From a virus (taxonomy: Duplodnaviria > Caudoviricetes), in the IMG/VR virus record IMGVR_UViG_3300027779_000028, positions 1,524 through 65,523 of that record: DNA of 64,000 nt. One strand, written 5' to 3'. Both the position numbers and the translations under genes were made by a program. Each line of letters begins with the position of its first letter. The stretch's first letter is position 1. Under the pieces are notes generated by a model. That model did no database searches, had not been told where the DNA came from, and worked only from the letters and a program-made list of their open reading frames with translations. Of the stretch, positions 1 through 9,466 are shown one piece after another.

Positions 1-3000
1 AAGTTCTTCTATGAATATAACTTTCTCTCCGTTAGGCAAGGTTCTTTCGTTCAGTCTTATATGAGCTAAGATATTTTTCTCATCCCAATGTTGGGATTTG
101 TATGACACTTCTGATTCATTGTTTAATTTAGCTTGGGTTTCTTTTTCTTGCTCAGACATATTCGCATATATCTCAATAGGACCCTCATAATTTTTCATAT
201 ACTTATTACGCATTTTCTCAGCGTACTCTTCTCCTTTATTATTAGGCAAAGTAAGCAATACCTCTTGGTAGTTCTCTCCATTTTCAAGGGTGTATTGAGA
301 GTACTTACTAGGATTCCTTATACCGCCTTGCCCCTCCGGACTAAGCTCTAGAGTCTCCATCCTAGACATAGCCCTATGATTATCATCCCATAGTTTTTTG
401 GCGGCTTGGTATCCACCTTTTCGTTGCTTTAGCTGTGCAAGCTTTCTTGTCTCTTCTTCAAGCTTATACAAACTTTCAAAGTTGCTATTATCCCTTCTAT
501 TTAACAGTGTTAAAAACTCATCGTAACTACCTGACTCGATATCTTCAATCGCCCCATTAGGGTTTTCTTTGTCAATTTTTTCTAGATATTCTAATCTCTT
601 AACTTCTTCTTCTGAAAGTTTATCTGCATCTTCTACTACTCCTTTCTGAACATCAACAATCTCAATCCGATTGTCGTTGATATACTGCTCTACAATTTCT
701 TTAGGTATAGACTTGGTTTTGTTTTCTTTCTGCCACTTGTTTAAGTACTCTTCTAAACCTATCCATCCCAACTCTTGATTAACACCTCCTATACCACCAT
801 TCTTTTGAGGGTCAGTTAAAGCTTTTATCCATTGAGTAGGTTGCTTAGGGTTGGTATCTTCTATATTGTCAATGGCTTTTAAAGCATTTGAGAAATAAGA
901 ACTACCCTCCCTTTGCTGACGAGACATAGGCTTCTTCTTAGAGTCAGATATCTCATCAAGAGCAGTAAGGTCAGACTCTTCTATAACCTCTCCCTTACGT
1001 GTCTTTCTTCCAAGGGTATTGAGTAAGTCGATAACACTATCATCCGTAGTACCGAAGTTCTCGCCAAGGTCAATCCCAAATTTCTTAGCAAAGTCTTTTA
1101 AGAACTGTATAACCTTATTTTTCGCAGGTTTAGTTAAGTGTCTATATTCACTAGCCAATATTGAAACAAGCTCCGCTAGTCTCTCTTCATTCTGAGTTTC
1201 TAAAGGAATAGTATTCCCGTCTTTATCTAAGATAGGATTTCCCTTAGCGTCTTCTTCAACATAGTTTTTAGCAAAATTGTCGATACGATTAGCCAACTCA
1301 GACCCATCTCGTAGTGTCTTACGAACAGACATCATCATGGTTTCTGCAGCTTTAGCCGCAGCAGAATTATTCTTTACTTTATCTAAAAATACCGCATGGA
1401 ATATCTCATGGGGTACAGTCCTCATATTTGCTTTAGAAAGATTGATATGTATGGTGCCATCTACATACTCCCCTCTTCCGTCACGACCCGTAAACTTAAG
1501 ATACTCATCGTTACTTTCATGAAGAATCATACGAACGTCAGGAAGGATTTTAGATATAGAACGGGCACCAAGTTTAGCTGACGTTACCACTGCGTTACGA
1601 ATCTTCTTTTTAAGACCGCTAAAATTAAAGTCTCCCTTTTTATTTATCCTAAGGTTTACTTCCACTTTTTCAGTAGTATCGTCCACTTTTTCTCCAAAGA
1701 ACTCCTCGACATCTCCTTTCTCCTCTTCTGTTACATCATCTTTTTTATTTATCTCTTCTACTTCATCTAAATCAAGAACGTCTTCCTCGTTTTCTTTTTG
1801 CTCCTGCATCTCAGTGCTCACCTCATCATTCATAGCTTCAAGCTTTTTAACGATAGCCGCTACTTTTTTCTTTTTACTTTTTACTAACGCACCGTCTTTA
1901 GTGCCAATTTCTTTTTCTAGCTGTTGCTTTTGCAGTAGAAGACCTAAAGCCTCTCGCTGTTGTTTTGGAGTATAGTCGGCTATAGGGATTAACTCAAGCA
2001 AACCTACAAGATTTTCCATCTCCGTTTCCTTATCTTTCATCTCCTGAGCCGTAATCTCCCCCGCTGCGTTTTGTGTCTTTAGCTTAGTCTTATACATCTC
2101 CCTGTACTCAGGGTCTGTAGCTAGTCCTTTAAAGACTGACCATACATTATCATCTACTGAAGCCATGTTTCCACTAGAAGCTGCAGTAAAGACAGCTCCG
2201 GGAGTGCCCAAAACAAATCCCCCTACAGCCTCTTGTGCCCCCGCCCTAAGAATCTGTCCCACGTACTCTGTAAATGTATCAGGCGTTTGAAACATCTGCT
2301 TTTCTTTGGCGACATTATATATATTTTTTACTGATATCTCTGCTATCTCCTGCATAAATCCTGTCTCAAACTCTGCCATCCCCGCAGCCGTTACCATCAA
2401 GCCGCCTTTTGCCATCCCGCTTTTCACATCGTTCTTTATAAACTGCCCAAAGGTCTTGGCTGTAGTTGTTTTACTTGAACGAGTAATAGCTCTAGATACA
2501 AGGTTAAGAACCATAGGACTTGAGGAAGTTAGGTTTCTAAAACCAATCGTCTCTAAAATACCAATCGCAATACCTATAGGAGCTGTAACTAAGAACTTTT
2601 CATTTTCAGAAATATCATCAAATAAAGATTCTTTAGCCATCTCATCATACACGTGTTCTGTTGACATAGCATACATCTGAGCGGTACGTTGTGCCATCCC
2701 CGCAGGGCCTAGTCCACCTACCATAGCGGGTAACGAAGCTGCTAGACCAAGGAAAGACCCCTCCCAAAAGTTTTGTGAATGCAACTCCTTCCACTGCTTT
2801 GTTGTATTGGCACTCTTAAATAACTTCCCCCCTTTTTTTGCATCGTCTATCATCCCAAAGTCTGTGTCGGTAGAAGCTGCTGCACTTGAATATGGGTTTC
2901 TATATTTTTCTTCTCCATACAGGATGTTTTTTTGAAACTTATCCTTAGCCTCTGCTATAATAGAGTCGTATATAGGGTGACTTGTTGAGATTATACCACT

Positions 3001-4293
3001 ACCAACGTATTTTTCTTCCTCATCTTGGCTTTTTAACCACTCTATAGCTTCTTTATCATCGAGTCCTTCAGGGATATCTAACCCCATTTTCTTAGCATAA
3101 TACTTTGGAGTTACAGCTTTCTCATCTACTACATACTCCGCTAATCCTTTGTAAGCCATTCTCTCCATGGTAGAGGCGGCCATACCGGGATAACTTACTA
3201 GTTCATTCCATATCCCTTCCCAAAAGGTTCCTTGTTTAGCCTGCATCTCTGTATACTCCCCAACAACTTTATCTAGTTTAGCTGCTTGTGACTGAAAATA
3301 CTTCTCTCTCTCTTTAAGTTGCTTAAACTGATACTGATAATTCTTTTGAAGCTGTAACGACTCCTGATACTTATCCCTTAACTCAGGATTTCTAGCTAAC
3401 TCTTGCGGTGAGTATGCCTCAAATTGCTTAAAATCTGCAAGAAAATTCTTATATTCTTTATGCCAAGCTCCTGAGGCTTCCGTAAATTCTTTAGTCTCGG
3501 CATCAAAATTCTTTACAGTAGAAACAATCTCCTCTTCATTAATTACTCGTAGCTCAGACTCTCCTATATCACGAAGGATAGAGCTTTTATTTTCTCGGAG
3601 AAAATTCTCCATATTTTTAACATTCTTCCTATCCCCCAATTCCATAAACGTATCAAGGTTAATCGTAATTTCCTCACCGTTTGAAGCTGTAATTTTTACA
3701 TTATCACCAATTCCTTTATCTTCAAAGTCAAATCCATATTGACCAAACAGATAATTCATTTTTGGAACGACATACTCCTCTCCCCAATCTGTTATAAGGT
3801 CCCCTTCGGTATCTCTTAAGCTACCTATCGCACGTTCAAAATGGTCGAAGCCTTTACCTTTATCGGCAAGTAATCCTTTTTCATCCTCATCCTCATCTAA
3901 AATTAAAGAACCTGCTTGAGTTGTAAACCCTTTTTCAACTCCGGACTCGCTATCTCTTTCTAAGACCTCTCCTTTAGTGGCCTCAAATAAAGCTTGGTTG
4001 TCATTAATTTCCTGCTGTTCAGGACTCGGAAATAGAGCTGCGGGAGAATCCACAGAACCACCCTCTCCAAGTAAAGCCATATCTTCTTGGAGAATCTCGT
4101 CTTTTTTTTTTACACCTATCAGCTCAGAAAACTCTTCTATAGATTTAGAATAACCTTTCTGTGTGACATAATTAAAGTTGTCATTTAAGACTTCGTCATC
4201 ATTACTTAGCAATACACTAAACTCTTCTATAGATTTAGAATAACCCTGAGATAGGGCTCTATTGTATAAGTCGTTTAATACTTCTTCGTCCAT
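1..4293 (-). CDS. Giant virion/ejection 'polyvalent' protein, N-terminal part (>1430 aa, runs off left edge); contains HExxH zincin metallopeptidase domain
   Basis: Absent from the ORF track because it has no stop in the window. ATG at 4293 (MDEEVLNDLYNRAL...) with frame open to base 1. HEIFH at 1396-1410 followed by NEERLAE. ...HWDEKNILAHIRLNERTLPNGEKVIFIEEL at the edge resembles domains of phage large polyvalent proteins. Lies after the other ejection genes. Confidence 0.8.
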   Translation of the reverse strand, partial: MDEEVLNDLYNRALSQGYSKSIEEFSVLLSNDDEVLNDNFNYVTQKGYSKSIEEFSELIGVKKKDEILQEDMALLGEGGSVDSPAALFPSPEQQEINDNQALFEATKGEVLERDSESGVEKGFTTQAGSLILDEDEDEKGLLADKGKGFDHFERAIGSLRDTEGDLITDWGEEYVVPKMNYLFGQYGFDFEDKGIGDNVKITASNGEEITINLDTFMELGDRKNVKNMENFLRENKSSILRDIGESELRVINEEEIVSTVKNFDAETKEFTEASGAWHKEYKNFLADFKQFEAYSPQELARNPELRDKYQESLQLQKNYQYQFKQLKEREKYFQSQAAKLDKVVGEYTEMQAKQGTFWEGIWNELVSYPGMAASTMERMAYKGLAEYVVDEKAVTPKYYAKKMGLDIPEGLDDKEAIEWLKSQDEEEKYVGSGIISTSHPIYDSIIAEAKDKFQKNILYGEEKYRNPYSSAAASTDTDFGMIDDAKKGGKLFKSANTTKQWKELHSQNFWEGSFLGLAASLPAMVGGLGPAGMAQRTAQMYAMSTEHVYDEMAKESLFDDISENEKFLVTAPIGIAIGILETIGFRNLTSSSPMVLNLVSRAITRSSKTTTAKTFGQFIKNDVKSGMAKGGLMVTAAGMAEFETGFMQEIAEISVKNIYNVAKEKQMFQTPDTFTEYVGQILRAGAQEAVGGFVLGTPGAVFTAASSGNMASVDDNVWSVFKGLATDPEYREMYKTKLKTQNAAGEITAQEMKDKETEMENLVGLLELIPIADYTPKQQREALGLLLQKQQLEKEIGTKDGALVKSKKKKVAAIVKKLEAMNDEVSTEMQEQKENEEDVLDLDEVEEINKKDDVTEEEKGDVEEFFGEKVDDTTEKVEVNLRINKKGDFNFSGLKKKIRNAVVTSAKLGARSISKILPDVRMILHESNDEYLKFTGRDGRGEYVDGTIHINLSKANMRTVPHEIFHAVFLDKVKNNSAAAKAAETMMMSVRKTLRDGSELANRIDNFAKNYVEEDAKGNPILDKDGNTIPLETQNEERLAELVSILASEYRHLTKPAKNKVIQFLKDFAKKFGIDLGENFGTTDDSVIDLLNTLGRKTRKGEVIEESDLTALDEISDSKKKPMSRQQREGSSYFSNALKAIDNIEDTNPKQPTQWIKALTDPQKNGGIGGVNQELGWIGLEEYLNKWQKENKTKSIPKEIVEQYINDNRIEIVDVQKGVVEDADKLSEEEVKRLEYLEKIDKENPNGAIEDIESGSYDEFLTLLNRRDNSNFESLYKLEEETRKLAQLKQRKGGYQAAKKLWDDNHRAMSRMETLELSPEGQGGIRNPSKYSQYTLENGENYQEVLLTLPNNKGEEYAEKMRNKYMKNYEGPIEIYANMSEQEKETQAKLNNESEVSYKSQHWDEKNILAHIRLNERTLPNGEKVIFIEEL

Positions 4294-4300
4294 ATCTATG

Positions 4301-6217
4301 TTATTTAATACTATAATCTATCCCTCCTTTTTTACTCTTAACGTATATCTCTGCAGCGTCTTTAGATACGTTTTGAACAACCCAATTTATAAAGTCACCT
4401 TCCATAGTACCCAATTCTATTGTAAACTTACTTTCACCATCCGGTGCAGTAACATATACTTTATCGTTAGTATTATAAGGTATTGACGTTGTGAAGTTAC
4501 CTAAACCTGATAGAGATTTTTTGATATTAGTTACCCATACATCTTCACCCTTACCAAATTTGAAACCCTGTAAATCAGCAATTAACACATCTCTATTATC
4601 AGGGGGGATAGGAGCATCCCCTGCTCTTTTAACTTCATACTTCTTTGACTGTGGTACCTCTTTCCCGTCTGTGCCTATTACCATCTCTTCAAAGCCTGTA
4701 TATTTACTGTCAGCTTTCCATCTACCGTCAGCTACAGTAGCCTTATTAACGTCGTATATCTGACCACCTAGTCTAATCCAATCTTCTTTTGTTGGTTCAG
4801 CAGGCATCGTTACGCTATGGTCCATTTTTGCGTTTTTACCGGAGTATTTAAAGTGGAGTTGGTTTCCGTCTATAGTTATACTTTGCAGGCTCCTGCCTAC
4901 AGCTAACTTTGTAGTTAAAATAGCGTCAAGGGCGGTTTGTTTTTTCTCAGGTTCGAGGTACCATATTTCTGACCATAACCCTACAGCCTCAGCTTGGGCC
5001 TCTTCAGCCGCTTCAACACCAAGTCTAGCTGCATTCCATTCATATCGGCTAGGGTCGAACTGATGCATAGGAGTTTCTTTCTTGTTTAACATCGAAACCA
5101 TTGACGTTGTGACTACGTCTTTTGCAACATCGTATTGCTCGGTATTATTTGCAACAATCTGTGCTACCACCTCCGAATGAGAGACTGTCTCACCTTTATC
5201 ATCTTTGTAAGACAGGTCTTTAAAGTTTTCGTTGAGATACTTTGTAAGCGCCTCCCCACTACCTAGAAAAGCAGGCGAGGGGATACCCGACCCTTGTTGA
5301 ATAGGATTAGGGATAGAAAGTATAAGGTCAGGATTCCGTGCTGCCTCCAAAGGGTCAGAGGTAAACGTAAAGGCATTACCTGTATTAGGATTAATATTTA
5401 TGCTATTAGTAAGAACAGAACTAATATTAGTTGGTAGAGCAAGTGTAGCAGACGCATGATTATCTATAGCCTCCATGACTTTTGGACTTTTTGTAGCGTC
5501 TTCTCTTGTGCTTACATTCTTTTCCATTTCAACAGTAATGACATCTCCTAATTGCTTTACCATTTTTGAATTAGAACTATCCATATCAAAGTAGTTATAC
5601 TGTGCCTGTGTTCTATTTCTTAAAGCATTAACAGACTCGTAGCTACCTATATCGGTATTCATTTCTCTTTCACCTGTTTCAGAGTTTAAAGTTGAGCCCC
5701 CCATACTAACCATCCCATTAACGGGATTAATCCATAAACGATTATCGGAATAATTCATAAACCCTAGAGTGCCATTTAATACCCACTCTTCATATGATTG
5801 TGAGGTAGGATGACCTGTTTTAGGGTCAATCTCTCCCCGCTCACGAGCGAGTTTATAATGTGCATTATATTCTTCAGCAATAGTGAAAGCTTCACTAGTT
5901 CCTTGCTTTAGATTTGCCTTAATGGTATTATATTCTCTCTGATTCATCTGACCTGTCCTAAACAGCTTCTCTACCACTAAAGAATATTCTTGAGCATCTG
6001 AAGAGAAATCAGAAGTAAACTCATTAAACCCTTTATTCTCTCCTATAGGGGAGTCAAAAAGAACTTGTCTAAATTCTCTAATATCCTTATCAATCGCAGA
6101 TTTTTTCTCTTCACGAACCCTAGCCTCTTCGCTAATCATCGCCGACATATCAGCTCCTACATCAGCCCAATTTATCCGACTATTGGCATTCTTCTCAGCA
6201 TATTTAAAATAGGTCAT
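4301..6217 (-). CDS. Putative internal virion/ejection protein (638 aa)
   Basis: Long ORF between tail genes and the giant protein, the podovirus ejectosome position; overlaps upstream gene by 4 bp. Confidence 0.55.
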   Translation of the reverse strand: MTYFKYAEKNANSRINWADVGADMSAMISEEARVREEKKSAIDKDIREFRQVLFDSPIGENKGFNEFTSDFSSDAQEYSLVVEKLFRTGQMNQREYNTIKANLKQGTSEAFTIAEEYNAHYKLARERGEIDPKTGHPTSQSYEEWVLNGTLGFMNYSDNRLWINPVNGMVSMGGSTLNSETGEREMNTDIGSYESVNALRNRTQAQYNYFDMDSSNSKMVKQLGDVITVEMEKNVSTREDATKSPKVMEAIDNHASATLALPTNISSVLTNSININPNTGNAFTFTSDPLEAARNPDLILSIPNPIQQGSGIPSPAFLGSGEALTKYLNENFKDLSYKDDKGETVSHSEVVAQIVANNTEQYDVAKDVVTTSMVSMLNKKETPMHQFDPSRYEWNAARLGVEAAEEAQAEAVGLWSEIWYLEPEKKQTALDAILTTKLAVGRSLQSITIDGNQLHFKYSGKNAKMDHSVTMPAEPTKEDWIRLGGQIYDVNKATVADGRWKADSKYTGFEEMVIGTDGKEVPQSKKYEVKRAGDAPIPPDNRDVLIADLQGFKFGKGEDVWVTNIKKSLSGLGNFTTSIPYNTNDKVYVTAPDGESKFTIELGTMEGDFINWVVQNVSKDAAEIYVKSKKGGIDYSIK

Positions 6218-7116
6218 AGTGGTTGGTCAGGATTGTAAAGATTCATGTATTGAGGGTCCATCTGAATCATGCGTAGTTGCTGTGGAGTAAGCCCTTTTTT
6301 AAACTTCCTAAACTCCCTAGGTGTCATCCCTCCTACACTAGCAAAGTCCATATTACTTAAATCCCGTTGGTCAAATTCTGAGTTTGTAATGGTATTATAT
6401 TCAACACGCCCCTTGACTCCTAATTCTTGCCCCGCCATTCTTTCCGGAACTATAGAAGTTGGAGGAAGCCCCTTACCTCCGGGTTCTCCCATTCCTACAG
6501 CAGCATTGCCAAATTTTGAAAGTTGAGCAGAGTCCCAATCCATTCCGGCCATAGCCGCTTGCTGTGATTTTGTGTCTGCTGTGAATAAAGGGATTGATGA
6601 GGCAGCAGTTGAAGCCATGCTAGAATACCCTTCTATCATATCTTGTTCAGCATAAAGCCTATCCTCTCCCGCTCTTGCTGCCGCCATCTGAGCACCTTCT
6701 ATCTCGCCCATATCTAATTGAACACCGATATCTCTTAGACGACTATCTTCCGCGAGAATCTTATCCTGTCTTTCCCCAAGTAAGACATCATAGTCTACCC
6801 TTTCTTGATTTAAAGTTTTATTCATCGCTGTCTGTACTCCACCTACTTGAGCCGCTCCTCTTTGGCTTTGAGTTAAAGCGTCAATGGCATTAGACCCTTG
6901 CTGTAGAGCGGCGTTTATAGCCATCTGATAAGGCTCTTTGCTTACAGATGAAGCTTCCATAAAGTTTACCTCAAGACTTTTGCGAGCTTTTAGCATAGCG
7001 TCTGCTGCGGCTTGTTCAGCTTTCTTTTCTTTTCTCTCGGCCTTGTTTCTTTGACTTGCAGATATTCCGGTTGTTATTGCGGCAATCGTAAGTTGCGCTG
7101 CTATTACTCCTGACAT
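6214..7116 (-). CDS. Putative ejection/pilot protein (300 aa)
   Basis: Hydrophobic Ala/Gly N-terminus then A/Q-rich coiled coil, typical of T7 gp14-like/P22 gp7-like proteins; position. Confidence 0.55.
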   Translation of the reverse strand: MSGVIAAQLTIAAITTGISASQRNKAERKEKKAEQAAADAMLKARKSLEVNFMEASSVSKEPYQMAINAALQQGSNAIDALTQSQRGAAQVGGVQTAMNKTLNQERVDYDVLLGERQDKILAEDSRLRDIGVQLDMGEIEGAQMAAARAGEDRLYAEQDMIEGYSSMASTAASSIPLFTADTKSQQAAMAGMDWDSAQLSKFGNAAVGMGEPGGKGLPPTSIVPERMAGQELGVKGRVEYNTITNSEFDQRDLSNMDFASVGGMTPREFRKFKKGLTPQQLRMIQMDPQYMNLYNPDQPL

Positions 7117-7643
7117 AATAAATAGTTGTTTAATATTACATGTTCCGGAAGTTCCCGGAAATCTTCAGTATACACATCCCTCTCTGCCTCCTCGATAGTG
7201 GTGGCATCAGTTCGGTATACACATGCCCAAGTACAGTCTTCATGCATATATCCTACTCTCTGAGTACCGATATCCGTCATGACTTTCATTGGGGCTTTAA
7301 TTCGTTGAACCTCTCCTGTGTCTAAGAGGATGGACATATCTCCTTCCATAAAGAAAGAGGGGTGGGATTGCTTATGGACAAAACTTACAACAAGAGCTCC
7401 CTTAGGCATAAACACTTCACGAGTATAAAGACCATTACATAAGTGGTGGGTTACCGGAAGAGATTCCTCCATTTTCTTTGTATGATGAATCAAAGTTCCT
7501 TCAACTTGTGATAATTGTTTACGAAATAACTCTATATCTTCCCAAATAACACCTCTATTTTTATGGACATGCCCAAGCAAATCCTCAGGAGAAGTCCTTA
7601 AGATTTTTTCAAATTCAGATATAGTTGTAAGAGAGGCGCTCAT
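7104..7643 (-). CDS. Cupin-fold (double-stranded beta-helix) protein
   Basis: THHLCNGLYTREVFMPKGALVVSFVHKQSHPSFFMEG...GTQRVGYMHEDCTW pattern matches the phage cupin-like family. Confidence 0.6.
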   Translation of the reverse strand: MSASLTTISEFEKILRTSPEDLLGHVHKNRGVIWEDIELFRKQLSQVEGTLIHHTKKMEESLPVTHHLCNGLYTREVFMPKGALVVSFVHKQSHPSFFMEGDMSILLDTGEVQRIKAPMKVMTDIGTQRVGYMHEDCTWACVYRTDATTIEEAERDVYTEDFRELPEHVILNNYLLCQE

Positions 7644-7648
7644 GCATT

Positions 7649-7656
7649 CAAAGATA
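7649..7656 (-). promoter_or_regulatory. Bacteroidota-type -7 promoter element TATCTTTG
   Basis: Matches TAnnTTTG; ends 5 nt upstream of the ATG at 7643. Confidence 0.55.
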
Positions 7657-7663
7657 CGGTGTT

Positions 7664-8506
7664 TTAAGGAAAAGATTTCATGACTTCAGACTTAACCGCA
7701 AATAGCTCCACAGCTTCGGTATCTCCGTTAGTAAGAGTAAACACTCCATAATGTCCAAGTATACCATGTGACTCAGCTACAAGGCTCTTAGTGGACATAA
7801 CATAAGTTACATTAACTAGTGGGAGAACACCTCCCCCCGCCACGTCTTGCTCTACTACTATAGTATTTGTCCCCAAAGGGATATCAACATTAATAGACGT
7901 AATTTGACCTAAGTAAATAGGAGTGTATATAGTTTCAGGCGGTGTAGGAGGAAGAGCATAGTAGATGCTGTCACCTATGCTAGGTATACTTCCAATAGGT
8001 AGGGTTAAAGGGAAAGTAAAGGTAACAACTGTTGCAGGTGATTCTACAGCAGTTAAACTATTTCCGATACCATTCGCAGAGCGTAGAGGAAACTCTTGTG
8101 CAGCCTCAAGTGCAGTGTCAATATTTACTACCCCTTGATTTCTAAGATATGAAAACCAAGTAAATTCTTTTTCCACAAAGAAATCTGAATCAATAAATCC
8201 TGTAGTCTGCAACTCACTAACAAATGTAGCTGCCCAAGCGTGGTCTCCTTCTAAACATAGAGTCTTAAAGATTTTATTGGACATAGGTTCTTGGTTGAAA
8301 ACACTTTGTAGGGTAGCATTGTATTGAACCCCATAGTAATTATTCCTTGTCTCGTTAGTGTTATGTCTCCATAGATTGCCTCCTGAAAAAGAATAGAAGT
8401 ATTGATTCATACCCTGCATCCACTCAGGGACATAGGAATAGAAAGAAGGCCACCCTTGTGCGGGAGGGCTAAAAGTTAGAGTATAGTTGGTTTTAGTTAC
8501 TGACAT
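7664..8506 (-). CDS. Tail nozzle/stabilization protein, C-terminal-like portion
   Basis: TLTFSPPAQGWPSFYSYVPEWMQGMNQYFYSFSGGNLWRHN resembles the distal part of P22 gp10-like/crAss muzzle proteins. Confidence 0.55.
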   Translation of the reverse strand: MSVTKTNYTLTFSPPAQGWPSFYSYVPEWMQGMNQYFYSFSGGNLWRHNTNETRNNYYGVQYNATLQSVFNQEPMSNKIFKTLCLEGDHAWAATFVSELQTTGFIDSDFFVEKEFTWFSYLRNQGVVNIDTALEAAQEFPLRSANGIGNSLTAVESPATVVTFTFPLTLPIGSIPSIGDSIYYALPPTPPETIYTPIYLGQITSINVDIPLGTNTIVVEQDVAGGGVLPLVNVTYVMSTKSLVAESHGILGHYGVFTLTNGDTEAVELFAVKSEVMKSFP

Positions 8507-8515
8507 ATCTTTTTA

Positions 8516-9457
8516 TTATGGGCATGCTGTAACAGCTGTAATTACACCATCTGAACTTACCCCTACAAGCCATTTTTGAGGTGTGGGGTCTTCGACTAAA
8601 TAGGTGCCTACAGTTTTTCTTGTTACCGCATATGCATCACTAAAGGCCCAATCGTTAACTACAGGAACGTTTACACTCCCTGTGACTTTACCTAAAAATA
8701 TAGTTTTATTTAAAGGGGATACTGTATTAGAACACCCACCTACAGGGTTTTTTTCAGTACATGGTAAGCTTGTAAGGACGGTAGGACATTCTACAGTTAA
8801 ACGCCAACTAGGAGTAGGTTGACCCCCAAGGAGTTCTGCTATCTGCATAGAAAGTGTTGTAGGAGAGCTAAGTGTTTTAGGTATATAAGCTGTACAAGTA
8901 AGAGGGTCTGCAGATGTAGTTAAGCTAGCTGACCCTGCAGAAACCTCAACGGTAGTAGTGTTACCATTTGGTGTATAAATACTATTATAGAAATCATATT
9001 CAATTATACTACCATGAGGACTACCCGTTATTAAAGACCCTACATTAGCGCTATTCCCCATATATGTTAACCCATCCGTAACTGAGGTAGCATGGTATCC
9101 ATCTACTTCGGAGCTGAACTCATTAAACACACCGTTATTATAGATACCACGTATCCCATCGGGGATATCTCCCGGAGAAAAAGATACTTTTATAGCACCT
9201 ATTGCGGAGCCTAACTCTATAGAGATAAGATATAGACCTAAAGAATTAGGACTGTTTATTGATACACCTCCGCAGGCTGTTGAGCATGACGGACATTGAG
9301 CTCTAGGGAGAAGGACACAGTTTAGTAACTGACGCACAGTCCCCTCTTGGCTATACCATCCATTGGGGGCACAGGTAGTAAACGCAGAGTCCATAAAAAT
9401 TCCCGTTGCCGTTACTAGGTTAGGCCCGTTTAAGTAAAAACTTCCGATAGTTCCCAT
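8516..9457 (-). CDS. Virion structural protein, Cys/Ser/Thr-rich beta protein (tail accessory)
   Basis: Within the tail module; CAPNGWYS...CPSC motif; beta-rich composition. Confidence 0.5.
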   Translation of the reverse strand: MGTIGSFYLNGPNLVTATGIFMDSAFTTCAPNGWYSQEGTVRQLLNCVLLPRAQCPSCSTACGGVSINSPNSLGLYLISIELGSAIGAIKVSFSPGDIPDGIRGIYNNGVFNEFSSEVDGYHATSVTDGLTYMGNSANVGSLITGSPHGSIIEYDFYNSIYTPNGNTTTVEVSAGSASLTTSADPLTCTAYIPKTLSSPTTLSMQIAELLGGQPTPSWRLTVECPTVLTSLPCTEKNPVGGCSNTVSPLNKTIFLGKVTGSVNVPVVNDWAFSDAYAVTRKTVGTYLVEDPTPQKWLVGVSSDGVITAVTACP

Positions 9458-9466
9458 TAGATATGA

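Noticed and set aside
1-4293. Giant protein as a crAss/N4-type virion RNA polymerase
   Set aside because: No polymerase catalytic motif recognised in either visible part; the portion outside the window is unknown
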